From Ramazzottius varieornatus (taxonomy: Eukaryota; Animalia; Tardigrada): a stretch of DNA of 64,000 nt. The stretch spans positions 3,703,158 to 3,767,157 of the forward strand of contig BDGG01000003.1 in the NCBI GenBank assembly GCA_001949185.1. The letters run 5' to 3'. The notes under the pieces are model-generated. The model did no database searches, was not told the DNA's origin, and saw nothing but the letters and a program-made list of their open reading frames with translations. Positions 1-11,967 of this stretch are shown piece after piece; positions within the stretch are counted from its first letter, which is position 1, and each line of letters begins with the position of its first letter. A program made the translations under genes and the position numbers.

Positions 1-59
1 CCCTTCACTCATTCGAATATAGTAAAACCGTGAAAGCTGGCCAGATGGCGGGTGCCTAC

Positions 60-936
60 CATAAACGTACTGATGGAGAATGGCATACGTATGAGCCGAT
101 GCCTCATCCGGCATAACATATCCGCCGTTCACAAACTCGACTTGGCCTTTCTGAACCAGCGTCTTCATCTTCTTCCTGGATTCTTCATCCAGCTGCGTCC
201 ACCACAGCTCAAAGAAAGATATTTCTGCCCAGATGAATTTCATCTCCGGCCATTTCTGAAGTCGTTCAAGCACCAGATCCAGCGTGTTTTTGGTATAGGT
301 TTGCAAGTACTGGTCAACCGTCATTAACCAACCAGGATCGGCATGGCTAAATGGCACGAGGAAGACCTTGAGTTTCTTGGCCGCTTTCGTCCCATTGGTT
401 TCTTTCTGACCCTGTGGCGAGAATAGGAGCAGGTTACAGTAGAACAACAAAATCAGGCAACTGCGAAAGCTCACCGCCTGAAACTGCTTCTCTACTTCCG
501 GGTCCCACACTCCGGCGTCACCGTCCCATGTTAGGTCCTCGTTCTTCAGCGAATACACCATTTCGCTGACATCGAACGTGGCTTTGTTCGGGTTGCTTTT
601 CGGGACATTACAGTGGTCCTTGTCGCTCACTAGCTTCTTGCCATACTTGACCAGATCGAACACTGAGTTCCAATTTTCTTTATCGTCAGCGAACGGTTCA
701 TCTCCCCGTACCTTCGCTCGTGCACTGCGCGCTTGATTGACAGCGATGTCTTTCCGTAGCTTTCGCAGACTAGGTTCGCTACCATCGTTTAACCGTTGAG
801 GATCTGCGTAGATCTTATTGTAGGAATGCATCGCATTGAAATGCATATAGGCTACAGAAGCGAACATCAGCAGGAAGATTGCCGCAAAAGGTAACCATTT
901 TCTCCCAAACGACAAGTGACGCAGTAGGACCGCCAT
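60..936 (-). CDS. Golgi alpha-mannosidase II-like (GH38), 5' portion; continues off the left edge
   Basis: Exons 936..475 and 411..60. N-terminal type II TM anchor (WLPFAAIFLLMFASVAYM), then LKVFLVPFSHADPGWLMTVDQY, KFIWAEISFF and GQVEFVNGGYVMPDEA, which are GH38 N-terminal motifs. Confidence 0.9.
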
Positions 937-2719
937 ACAAAGATGTCCCTCGTTGATGAAACGTGGAAAACTTTGAACCCCTACAGTTCAGCTCTCCATC
1001 GCGTTACGGTTTCCGGCGCCACGGTTACAACTGTGAATTTCACAAATATTCCGATGAATATTCAGCCACATAAAGAGTGCAATAAAAACTGGTCCGTCAG
1101 CGCGGATAATCTCGCTAGTAATTCACCGTTGTCAGCATAATATCTCAAAACAGCCAAATAATAATCTGGGTTTCATCATATTATTCTAAACAAGGCAGCC
1201 GTAAGGCGCGTAACGCTCGGATTCTATTTACAGGCCAATCATAGTGGACAGATTAGGAACGTCGGCCGCAAGAAAATGAGAAAGTTTTGCTCAAATTAGA
1301 GGATTGAACTTCGAAAACCATCACCTGCACAAGCATCAATGAAACATCAGCGTGGGCAAAGGACAAGAAGAGCACGAAAAAACACACCTCCAGGCAACAG
1401 TAACGCCTCGTCAAAGATTCGAAAAGAATCGACCACTCTTCAGTCTCGCTGGAAAAAAGCGAAGGCTTCGATCGGTCGAGACACTACACGAGGAATACAC
1501 ATCAGTATATTTAGTACCGTGATGAGCAGAAACGTGACAACGCTCACATTTCTGCCAGGTACTTCGGACAGAGATGAGCGAGCTTCGAAAGTGGCACGAA
1601 TTGTGCGCCAATAAAAAAGTCTAGTTATTGGTACTTACCTTTTTTCTTGCAGTTGGTCAGTGTGTAGTGGAGTTGCTTCGCAGGTGGTTGATCAGCGACA
1701 GAGCTAACTGAGGGCGCGTACAACCCACACGCTATTGTGAAACTCCACAAAGCCGCTACTAACAGATTCAGGAAACCGGTATGCGGATCAGCGGATGGAG
1801 ATCTAGAGAACTGAAATGAGAAAATATACATATTATTTGAGTAAACGTCACGGTAAAGACTTTGGTCAAACAATGACACTCGGTGATTATGATTGACAAG
1901 GCTAGGTCATGTACATATCCAGCACCAGAAGACCTGTGTACATTAGGACTTACAGAAAACACTGCGTCGTGAGCAAGTCTAAATATAGCAACTCTGTGTA
2001 TGAGCGTGCTGCGTCGGCAGAATCCTGAGAAGGAAAGAATGCTGGACGTCATGGGACAAAACGACCGCTTCTTCTTCAGCTTTCTCGTGAAAGCTCATGT
2101 AGGCGCAATGGGTTGATCAACTTTTACGGGAACTTGAGCAGTCTATCTGCCACAAACAACCCACTTATTTTCTTAGTTTCAAATTTCAGCACTATTGCAG
2201 GTGTGAAGAACCGCGCCATACACTGGCACGGCCTTGATCTACTGTAGCATCTGCTTTCCCCCACTGGCAGTGGCACGCCAGCTAGGTGGCGCTCTGAACG
2301 ACCCGGAACACCATCCTGCTCTTATTCATAAATTTCTGCATTTCTGCACAGAGTGATAGTTTCACATTGATCGAGACCATATACCACAATACATTTCGTA
2401 TTTTTCTGATTATATTCATCGAAAAATTCTTTGTCGGTCTGGCGTCTGCTTGGTCAGCCAAACATCCTAGGTTCTGCTCGTTGAATACCTGTCTGGTTAG
2501 CGACCTCTCGAACGCGAAAAAGGGCACCAACCAGTGGAGTCGAGTTCTTAGTTCCTGCTCTAAAGTTTTCCACTCACAGGTCCTACGCACGAAATCTGAT
2601 TTAATTGACCTTGTTATCGGCTGGAAATGCTTGAAATGCTTTTGGGACATTTTTGTGACATAATTTCCAGTTTCCACCGCTTTACCTACTAAGGTCTTAT
2701 TAAATATATTCTGTAATTC

Positions 2720-2965
2720 TTGTCTTTGTTTTGGATCGCCAGACTTGCCTCTGTGGAGACCCCGACAAATCCAACAGCGGCGACCGAACTGATTCTTGCA
2801 ATACAGGAGGAATTTGAAAGTATATGGACCGAGGCTATCTGGAACGATCTGCAAAAACCGTTCTACAGCTGTCGTGCCGCTCGAATTTTACTTTACAATA
2901 CCGACGCCGGCAAAGGTACTTTGCAAGGTTTCGTCAAAGGGATCGAGACCATGCCATATAATATT
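2720..2965 (+). pseudogene. Degenerate paralog of the adjacent secreted lysozyme-like gene
   Basis: TPTNPTAATEL..IQEEFESIWTEAIWNDLQKPFYSCRAARILL-YNTDAGKGTLQGFVKGIETMP aligns to TQTHPTAKSKL..IKAKFGIDWPKTVWSDLEKPFYSALAARMKL...YNTDSGAGTVEKYLEAISHMP, with an internal deletion and no recognisable 5' exon. Confidence 0.75.
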
Positions 2966-3422
2966 TCGGCTTTCTTATCAATCCGTGATGTCCATCGGGA
3001 AAAAAACATATTATGTCTAGTCAGCATCAAGAAGGTAGCTTGTACTCATACATCTCATTAAGGTCACATTTTGAAAAGTGCTAAGAGCTGATTTCCTCTA
3101 TCCTATCAATTTTCCCCCCAACTGTCTACCTTGCAAGGTACCTTCTGACAAAATTAGCCCCGACATACTGCTTACACAGAAGTATTTAATACATATGCCC
3201 TCTTCAAAGCAGATGGAAACGTGACCGCTGTGAGTTTATGATACGATATCTCTATTCATGTATGATTCCGGGAAGGGCCTGATATCGCAGTTGCCGTTCG
3301 AGAAATTAGTATAAAGTAAGCAATGCCACATTTGAAACCTCAGTCAGGTAAACTGGCACCCCATTCTTCTCGTTCTCCATTACTTTTTCACAAACTTTTC
3401 GGAACACTCATACGGCCTTGGG

Positions 3423-4162
3423 ATGGCGGCCTGGAAGAGTCTTCTGCTCGTCGGGGCTGCTCTGCTGCTGGCCACCTCGGTATCGTCCCAGGGTTCGGAT
3501 CCGATGGTACCCAGAGCGAAGGGAACCGCAGTGGTGAAAGCAGCGGTGAAAGCAGCGGTCAAGAAAGTGATCGACTCTTCAATCTTCCCACCGGACCATG
3601 ACTTTCTTCGAAGCATCGCCTGGGTCGAGTCGAAGGACTGTAACGACAAGGATACCTACCGACCCGGATACTATGGCGGTTGCTGGCAGGCCAGTTTTTG
3701 ATGCATTTCCATGGTTTTCTTCCTTGTTACTTTTGTTTCTTTTTACAGGTCGACAAAATAGGATTTATCGACACACAGACGCATCCCACGGCCAAGTCAA
3801 AGTTGCACGGGCCAATCAAGGCAAAATTCGGCATTGACTGGCCGAAGACCGTATGGAGCGATCTGGAGAAGCCCTTCTACAGCGCTCTGGCCGCTCGAAT
3901 GAAACTGTACATTACCGGGGTTCCTGCTATGTGCTTACAGGTACAGTAGATTTGACCAAGCTTGTCGATCCATTTGGTCAGTTGCGATCAGAATATATTC
4001 CCATATAAAATTGACCATTAGCCCAAAATTCACTGGTAATTTCAGGCTATTCCGTCGGATGTCAATGGCCAGGCCCTTCACTGGAAGAAGTGCTACAACA
4101 CTGACTCTGGAGCCGGCACAGTTGAGAAGTATCTGGAAGCCATCTCACACATGCCGAAGTAG
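3423..4162 (+). CDS. Secreted lysozyme/SLT (transglycosylase)-like fold protein
   Basis: join(3423..3689,3749..3940,4046..4162). Signal peptide; LRSIAWVES (candidate catalytic Glu), GGCWQVD, DLEKPFYSALAAR, IPSDVNGQALHWKKCYNT..GAGT. TATA-like tataaa near 3310. Intron 1 is GC-AG. Gene model is solid; the fold call rests on motif resemblance. Confidence 0.7.
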
Positions 4163-4493
4163 ACAATCCAGAATGGCTCCTTCGTGTGTTCAGAGTCAAT
4201 CGATTTCGTTGGTGAAGCTAACTTCGGTTGTATTTGTATGGTTTTTATGTTTATCGAACATTCCACACTGCTGACTGAGAGTAAAATCCTACGAAATATC
4301 CAAGATACCACAGGACCGGGAAAGCTGTGTCATGACTCATAATCATGCCGCAGTAAAAGCCCACCGGGAACCCCAATGTCCCATAGAAGAAGTAAGCTGG
4401 AAATCATCACAGTTTGATTGAAGACAGATCAGTTGCAAGCCGAAACTGAGAAAAGGCTACATTTATAACTCGAAAGAATGCTTTGATAAACCG

Positions 4494-7400
4494 TCACCAA
4501 AATTCAGGAGATCGCTGAGTCAAAACCTTGAGTTTCTGCTTGGTCGCCGGCGAAATATGGTTAGGCCATAATTTCAGCCTCAATGTATCCGTATAAGGAT
4601 TCTCCGCTGTGGCGAGCCTGATGCACCTTTCGGTCTGAAGACCCACGTCGGTCAACTGGAATCCATTGACGGATTCGTGCCAGACCTTGAAGCGAAGGTC
4701 CGCCGTATCATTCTTTGTAATCTCTTTCTGAACACAGAAGTTATACCACTTGTTGGTCAGGTCTCGCAAAATTTCCACGTCTTGCCTGATCCTTTTGGCA
4801 CCGTACTTTGCAGCCTGAGCTTGAAATCTCTTGAGGAAGTACTCATAGAGGGCGCTGTCGGCTGAGTTCCACGCCCTTATCTTCTTGGCGACTTCGGACG
4901 ATAATTTTTTCTTGTACTGGGTTCTCCGAGAGTTTACCCGGAAAACCACCAGATCCTCCCATTCCCAACAAAGTAGCTCGCGTAGCAATACTAAGGATTC
5001 GTCCATGTATTCGGTGATCATAATAAGGGAGAACCGAATGTCCAGCTCATTGATTTTTTCTTGGATGATAGACTTTCGGTCAAAGTCTTCCTGGTCCAGC
5101 CCGAAATCGAACATCATAGGGTTCCTCGCAAAATCTTTGGTTGTTGAATTACGATAATACCTCTGTGGGTTCTCCAAGAAGGTTTCTAAAGGGACTCCGT
5201 ACCGCACGTCGAGTGAAACCCAGTTGTAAAGGGATCTGCAAAAGCGAAAAAAAATAAGGAACTCTATTCGGGAAATCGGCATACGATACGTACAGATATA
5301 GGAGGCTNNNNNNNNNNNNNNNNNNNNNNNNNNNNNNNNNNNNNNNNNNNNNNNNNNAAATGTATTGTGCGTTCGATTTATTTATCGATGTTGAGTCGGC
5401 TAAATAGTTTTAGCATCAATAAATCAATTGAACGCACAATACATTCTAGCCGTGGCTAAAAGTATTTTAGCTGCTTTAGCCGCGGCTAAGAACGGCTAAA
5501 AGGGCTTATTTTAGCTTCGCCGAGCCTTCTATACGTACAGAACGCCATCATAATTCACCCACGCCTTTCACCCAATAACAACGCAAACGTGCACCCCTTG
5601 GGAAGTTTAATCGCCGACTTCCCATTTGACCAGTTTACTGTACAGTAAGATATCTTCGCTTACTCGAACATGGTAGCTGGATCTTTGAGGATGGAAATGA
5701 ATACAGTGTCTCTTGGCATGATGGATACAGTGTTTGCTTCGTGAAATCTTGTGTGGTGGCAAAAGATGTTGAAGTGATCGGAGAAGACTGACGGAAGCGG
5801 AAGGGTGAGGTTGGGTGTGAATTTGACCGGGTGTCCGAGGTAGTTTCCATCGGGTGGAAGGACCACCGTCAGTCTGTTCTCGTCGGCGAACCGCATGAGA
5901 ATGTTCTGCACAGTACTACTGGCACACTTGTGGGTCTTCAGGAACATGATGTTTTCTTTCCGTCTACCGCATCGATTGACGGTGTTCCGGTACGAGTACT
6001 TTGAACTGATTGACGGAGTGGTCTGCAGCTGGATGAAGTTGTGATGATCGTTGAGAGTGGAGAGCCTGTGGAAAAATAGGACAAGTATTACCAATCGACT
6101 TTCCAACGAACGACAACACAATATGCGCAACGAAAGCGTAAAAGCATTTCCCGCCTTCGACAAACTACCGGTTAAACACCAGGCTTCGATCCTTTCTGTT
6201 GTTCGAATCGCATAAAAAGGGAGGTAAATTTTATTCATTAATAATTTGTGTTCCAGGACAAGATTGAACTAGAACACAGTGAATAGTGCAAACATAATCT
6301 TCATTTGGTCCATGCATGGTAACACAGTTTGCGTAATCATACAGGTACTGTGAATATTAGCAGCATCCGCGCAGTGCGTCGTCGTACAAGTGAGGTAGAG
6401 CTCAGGTCCGGTTACACATTGTGCGCTATCCCTCCGGGGGTGCATCGTCACGTACGTGTACGTACTGCGCGGATGCAGCGAATATTTACAGTAACTTCCT
6501 AAGCGCGTACGAGACACACGCATTAGAATTTAGATAATTCCCTGCGACGTTCCCTCAAGCACCGTTTCGAAAATTTCGACCCCTATGCAAGCTTAGAAAT
6601 TTCTGATGAGATTAGGAACGTGATCATTTCCTTGACGATTCCTCCAATGGCTTCCTCTCCCACTTTTTTGAGCTCTCCCGAGCTTTTCAAGCCATCCCAG
6701 TGGGTTCCATGTATTGCATCGCAGCCTTCTTCATTGACAGAAATCAGAATGTCCACCACATTTTCTACTGACAGTTTCTTGATCAGGTGCTTCGCAGTAA
6801 CTGACCACGTCTTTGTTCTGGCACGTACTTGTCCGCGGTCAGTGAAACCTTTTGCGTATCCTCTGCCAGGTCCACGTTTGAACAGCCACAGTACATGCAC
6901 TTGACGAGAGCCACGAGTGCCGGCTCTGATCGAGATGTTAACCATGAAACAGCGTCCATTTCTGAACTTCCATCAGATTCGAGTCGAACATGACCTTCAA
7001 TATTGGAGAATGGGCATGCAATAAGCACAGCACGATGCACCGAGACCTCATCACCATCAGCGGGTACCAGAAGAAAGGTCCCGACCGTCCATGTATCGTA
7101 CAGTTTCTTGAAGCCTACCCGGAAGTAATCACCCCTTCCGGAGGGCAGAGCTTGAGGAGCCGGATATGATGGAACGACTGTAAGGGTGGGTATATGTTGC
7201 TCCAGTTCTGAGCTTCAAGCTATCGTTCTCCAGGACAGTAGCTTCTTCAAAACGCTCCAAAACGGGTCATGGTGGATTACGAGTGTGGCATCGTTCATCA
7301 TCGAGAAGGCCAGGTGCATGAATTCCGTTTTGTTCTTCGACATGCCGGGTACATATTTATTGTCGGATCTCACAACCCTGAAAAACGATCTTTGGTGCAG

Positions 7401-9110
7401 TTCAACAGACTTCTAGCAGAGTAAATTGTTTCAGTGTGTGCAAGGCAAAAGTAGCGTAAAAATGTAATCCGTAGCTCCTACCCCATCTTCGCCTTCTTGA
7501 ACCGAATGCCGGGGCTGTGATCTCCCGGTCGCAGTACGTAGACAAAAGCCCAGTTGATCATCTAATTTTGGATTAAATCCATGTGCCAAGCTGACCTGCC
7601 AATGATCGACTCTTTCCACAGCATCAGCTTTTCGTGACCTTTCAAGTAAGAAAAGTTGGGAGTAGTCCAGTCGATGACTATAAGCTAATGGGATTCGGAA
7701 TCTCAGGGTACAGAATATCCTCATTTGTGCAATTTCTCCTTCCCCCATTGTCCGTAACTGCGCACGGCAGACAGCTTTCACCATCCAGAAGTTGTGGGAA
7801 ACTCACAACAGTTTACGTGAGAAGCGCCAGGTGGAATGAATTGCAAATTAAGTTACGAAAACGTGCGTCTCGATTCTCGAACGAAAAGAGAAACGGATAT
7901 GCGACCCCATGAAATTATCTAGCCGCTGGTCAAATCCAAGGCCTGCCTATCCCAGAGTCGACAGTAACAAACCTCGGTAACGTCTACGGAAAACTATTTG
8001 ACAATAGAACCATAGCAAGCATAGCTAGCATTTCCGCCCACAATCGAAGTATTGTATTTCCCGACACCACAGTCATGACGCAAACAGACGTCGAATGTGT
8101 TCGCGAAAATACAGTATAACGAGAAGGCATTTTTCTCACTTAATTATTGTTGTGGTAATTGGGATCACTTTGCTAGAATTCTCAGTCAAGCAAGGTTATT
8201 GTAACGCTTTTCATTTACTATAATAAAAATATTGCTCAGTCGATCGTTCGATCGACGTTCGATCTCATTACTAAAGTTCGCGGTTGATCGTAATATATCA
8301 GAGATAATGTATCTTGGCTCTGGAGGTCCGAAAACCCGGTGGGATATAAGGTTCGTTTGAGTTTCCGACGTTCTACATAGCTGCGTCACATGGGAAGTAG
8401 GCATAGCTCTAATACCTGCAACGAACGACATTTTACCGAGACTCTTATTTGCTTAGCAAACAAGAACGTTCAAAACAGCTGCACGGTCGATTTCTCCTAA
8501 CCGACGATGAGGAAGTTGTTTTGATCGACCAGCTCATACGCACAGCCAATCGGATGTTTTCCCGATTTCATAAGAATATGGCTTACCGGTAGCTCTTCGT
8601 GTTCGAATTCTGTCTACCGATAGACAGAAACCCTAAAGAAATTAACAGGCCGGTAAACAATCTCGGCATGATTGTTACTTCACAGTGGCGCACGTTTTCC
8701 TTGTTATTGGCTAGTAATATGCGCCACTTGAGATGTTGATCATCTCGAGATTGTTTGCCAGCCTCCCAGTTATGACGTAAGAAGTGAGGCACTCAATTTT
8801 TCTTGTAGTTTGAACCACACATCCCAACGGTCTAACGTTATCTTTGGTTTACATTGTCGCCGTTGCATTGTTTATTATCCCCAATTCTTCGCCTGACATG
8901 AATCAAAGACAGGAGGTTCCCGTTGGTAACTATTTAACTTGATGCACGCTGTAAATTCATATGGAATACTTGCCCCGAAAGGTTTGCCGCATAAAATAAA
9001 ATTCCACTAGCTCCTTGATCGGTCGTGGTGAAGACGGTGACAAATAGAAATAAAAACATGGCACATGTTCCCAGCCACATCAAAGTCCTCGGGCGCACTT
9101 TGATTTCCAT
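4494..9110 (-). CDS. Galactose-3-O-sulfotransferase (GAL3ST family)
   Basis: complement join(8970..9110,8587..8609,5664..6065,4494..5235). Type II TM anchor, 5'-PSB motif FLKTHKCASSTVQNIL, ILKDPATMFESLY, ITEYMDESLVLLRELLCW and AWNSADSALY. Intron phases are consistent. Confidence 0.9.
5297..5533. mobile_element. Non-autonomous TIR element with 8-bp TSD (hAT-like), spanning an N-gap, in a GAL3ST intron
   Basis: TIR TATAGGAGGCT / AGCCTTCTATA; direct repeat CGTACAGA at 5289-5296 and 5534-5541; internal hairpin 5359-5445; GGCTAA/TTAGCC subterminal repeats. Confidence 0.75.
5308..5357. other. Assembly gap (50 N)
   Basis: Run of N. Confidence 1.
6348..6491. mobile_element. TA-flanked MITE (Tc1/mariner/pogo-type)
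   Basis: TA|CTGTGAATATTAGCAGCATCCGCGCAGT ... ACTGCGCGGATGCAGCGAATATTTACAG|TA, ~28-bp imperfect TIR. Confidence 0.7.
6583..7420 (-). pseudogene. Frameshifted BTB/POZ (SPOP-like BTB-BACK) sequence nested in a GAL3ST intron
   Basis: FLLVPADGDEVSVHRAVLIA..., EPALVALVKCMYCG...SLTADKY, then a frame change to HLIKKLSVENVVDILIS; in-frame stop upstream. Confidence 0.7.
8647..8767. mobile_element. Palindromic ~125-bp MITE family A copy
   Basis: Core CAGTGGCGCACG...ATGCGCCACTTG with inverted arms. Confidence 0.7.
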
Positions 9111-10366
9111 GGTGTCGAGATCCTCCAAGATTCAACAGCTGGTTAAACCATTTTCATCCATGAAGATAAGTACAAAGGAACCCAGTCAGTCGTCTTTCCC
9201 TGGAAAGATCCATAGCCACTCAAGATAAGTCATTTTGACAGAGGACTTTCCGCAGTCAGCCCAATGTTGATCAGTCCTCCAGGAAGCCACATATAGGCGA
9301 AGAAAGTTGGGTTATCGACTGGTGGTTCGCTCTCGCATACATCAGCATATCAAATGTCCTCGGAGAGCTGGCCAACCGACAGCTGAAGAGATGCAAGCAC
9401 TTTCTTCCGTTGAACCAGCTTTCAAACAAGTGAGATACAAAATTTGTACCACGATACTACTACTGCTGCTACAGCTAGCGCGCCAGCGTTCAGTCTGGCC
9501 CCACTTCCGCCAATGTCTACATTAAAGTGCCTCTGGACGGATAGAGTCTACAGCTAATACACACCCTAATCGTCGAGTAACTGTAAACTGCGGTGCGGGA
9601 GATTCCAATCGAGCGGTTCTTTGATGTTAACTTAAGCTAATCGATGTCTGCACATTCTTTGTGCAGGAGCGATACAATCCGTAGGGACAAAGGTCGCTAC
9701 CGCGGGCTGTCTGGTCGTCTTCTCCATCATCATAACATCCATCCCACAGAAAACAGTTTGGAAACCCACATCATAAAAAATGTAACAAGTCGGTCCGCGC
9801 TTGTCATCCAGCCTGCGAACTACAGTAATGTAAGCCAACGAGGTTATTGACAGAAGATCCTCGATGTTAATGGTTCTTCCTGATTAACCTGACTTGCTGG
9901 TCCCACAGAGCTCGAAACTTCTGGGCAAACGTTCGATCTACGAAGAAGAATGGAACGAAGGTAGACTGTACAACGACATGTCTGGTATTGAAATTCATTC
10001 CGGTGACCAGTGCGCTCAACTGGGTGTGGCCTAGTGTTGAGACGAACTCCCAAAGATCGTTTTGGCTCTGTGCGTTTTCGACGAAGAAGTAAAAAATGAC
10101 TGATTGATGAGGAAGAAAAGAAGTGCTTCCATCAGCAAAAGGAAATGCATGGTATTGAATACTAGTGAAGCAAACGCTGCAGACTTAACAAAACAACACC
10201 TGTCCAGTTCTTCAATGAAATATATAAGCCACTACTAAAACAGATCAAGTAATACCAGAATCTACTAGAGCTTGGGGATTTAAGTACAATCTGTCTCCCG
10301 GGAACAGAAGAGTCTGGAGAGGATTTCAAAAAAAAGACCAGGGTGAAGTAGGAGATTGAAAAAGTC

Positions 10367-10440
10367 AGCCCCTTCTATGGATCGAGCACGGGACCGTTAG
10401 TTTAAGAAACCGGTAGCTCTACCACTGAGCTAAAAGTGAC
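10367..10440 (-). pseudogene. tRNA-Lys(CTT)-like relic or tRNA-derived SINE head
   Basis: Minus strand: A-box TAGCTCAGTGGTAGAGC with D-stem GCTC/GAGC, loop TTCTTAA, degenerate B-box GCTCGATCC, partly paired acceptor stem, downstream T5 run. Anticodon and T stems have mismatches. Confidence 0.6.
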
Positions 10441-10963
10441 GTGACCGTCAGTTGCTTGCAGATACGCACGAGGTACTCGTAGGCTCTGTTCGTTCTTCCT
10501 TCCTCCCCAACCGATACCGAGAGGAGTTAGAGCAAGTACGCGGTTGAACTGGAGGCCACTCTGCTGATGAGCGCCCACACCTATGTGGTACTTGCAGCTT
10601 TACGGAACGATGCTCTCGAGTTCCCATTTTCCGAAGCATTTTCCGAAGAACCGTCTCTCCATTGGAATCGAGCACGATCAATTTCTGACGCTAATCCGAA
10701 GAGTACTGCGGCTATCGAAGGACACGGCGTATTAGGCAAACATACCATACGCGGTCACAGTACTACAGCGACTTCGTCGAGTCATGGAATAAAATCATAA
10801 AAGTTAAAACTGTCACGAGTTCAGCAGTGTGCATGCCATAACAGGCAAGAACTCTGTCAAAGATCAAACTGAAACCAAATATTCGAAAATTTTTCTGACA
10901 TGATGTAACATGTTGCTTGGTCTGGAAAATACACGAGGACATCCAGTCGGGTACTATGGGAGT

Positions 10964-11967
10964 TTACAAACCACAGTGGATCGCTCGAGGACGTGCCATG
11001 TTCTTCTTGATGTAGTCCAGCTGTTCTTGGCTCAACCCCCATTTGCTGGATTCCTCTGCGAACTCTTGTGCTGTCCCGTAACCGTACATGTATCCATGAA
11101 TCCTCGTGGCTAAGTGTGACTTGATGAGTTGCGGGTCTGTCAACTTGAGACTGTCGTAGAAGCGAGAATGTTCCCTCAAATGGTATTTCTGATGATAACT
11201 AAAGGAAGTAACGACTAACAGATTACAGAATTCAGTTCTGGTTCGATGTGGTGGAACAGTCAACCCTTATGTTGATACATACTCTTCAGCGTCGTAAAAG
11301 CGTTCGAACTTCTCGATATCCGTGACAATCGGGCTCCTATGTTCAGCTTGGCGCGCAGCCTTGGTTTCCTTCGCCAGCTTTTCCTGTTCGTCATTGTGAT
11401 ACCAGATGGCAGACTTGTACTGTGTCTTATGTCGGGAAGTAGGGTCGTGCGTCGTCCAGAAAATGTCCAGAAGGGTCTTGTAGTCTGTTTGAGAAGGGTC
11501 GTATTCAATCTGAATGGCTTCCGTGTGGTCTCCCCTGTAAAACGAGACGGGAAATTATTCGGACACGGAGGAACTCTTCACAAAAGCTTTTCGTCGGAAT
11601 CTTAAACGTACATGCTGTAATATGTGGGATTCTCCTTCTTCCCTCCGGTGTATCCAACCTTGGTCCGAACAACTCCTTTCTTGCTTCCGAAGATGGGTTC
11701 AGGTGCCCAGAAACATCCCATTCCAAAGGTAGCCTTCTCCGTGGCTATATCCGGTTCAGCGAATGTGGAAGATGCTGAAGCCATTCCGGCTGATCGTAAC
11801 TACAACACAGACCTTAATGTGAAGACTCCAGCAAGCTTATCAGGACAGCCGCGTAGCAGATAGGAGCTCATAGTATGGCGCTTGATGGTTAGACGTCTCA
11901 GCAGTCTCCCACTTACCGTCAACTTGGAGATCGCCTCCGATCCCACCTTCGTCAACCAGCTCCACAT
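10964..11967 (-). CDS. msrA: Peptide methionine sulfoxide reductase A
   Basis: complement join(11917..11967,11612..11799,11283..11534,10964..11198). GCFW active site, GYTGG..NPTY, GDHTEA, FYDAEDYHQKY. Second in-frame ATG at 11784. Confidence 0.95.

Noticed and set aside
330-370. GH38 motif reads FSHADPGW instead of HSHNDPGW
   Set aside because: The Zn-ligand His and Asp (HxD) are retained, so this is not evidence of inactivation.
2282-2854. 190-aa minus-strand ORF
   Set aside because: No recognisable domain; partly antisense to the lysozyme-like relic.
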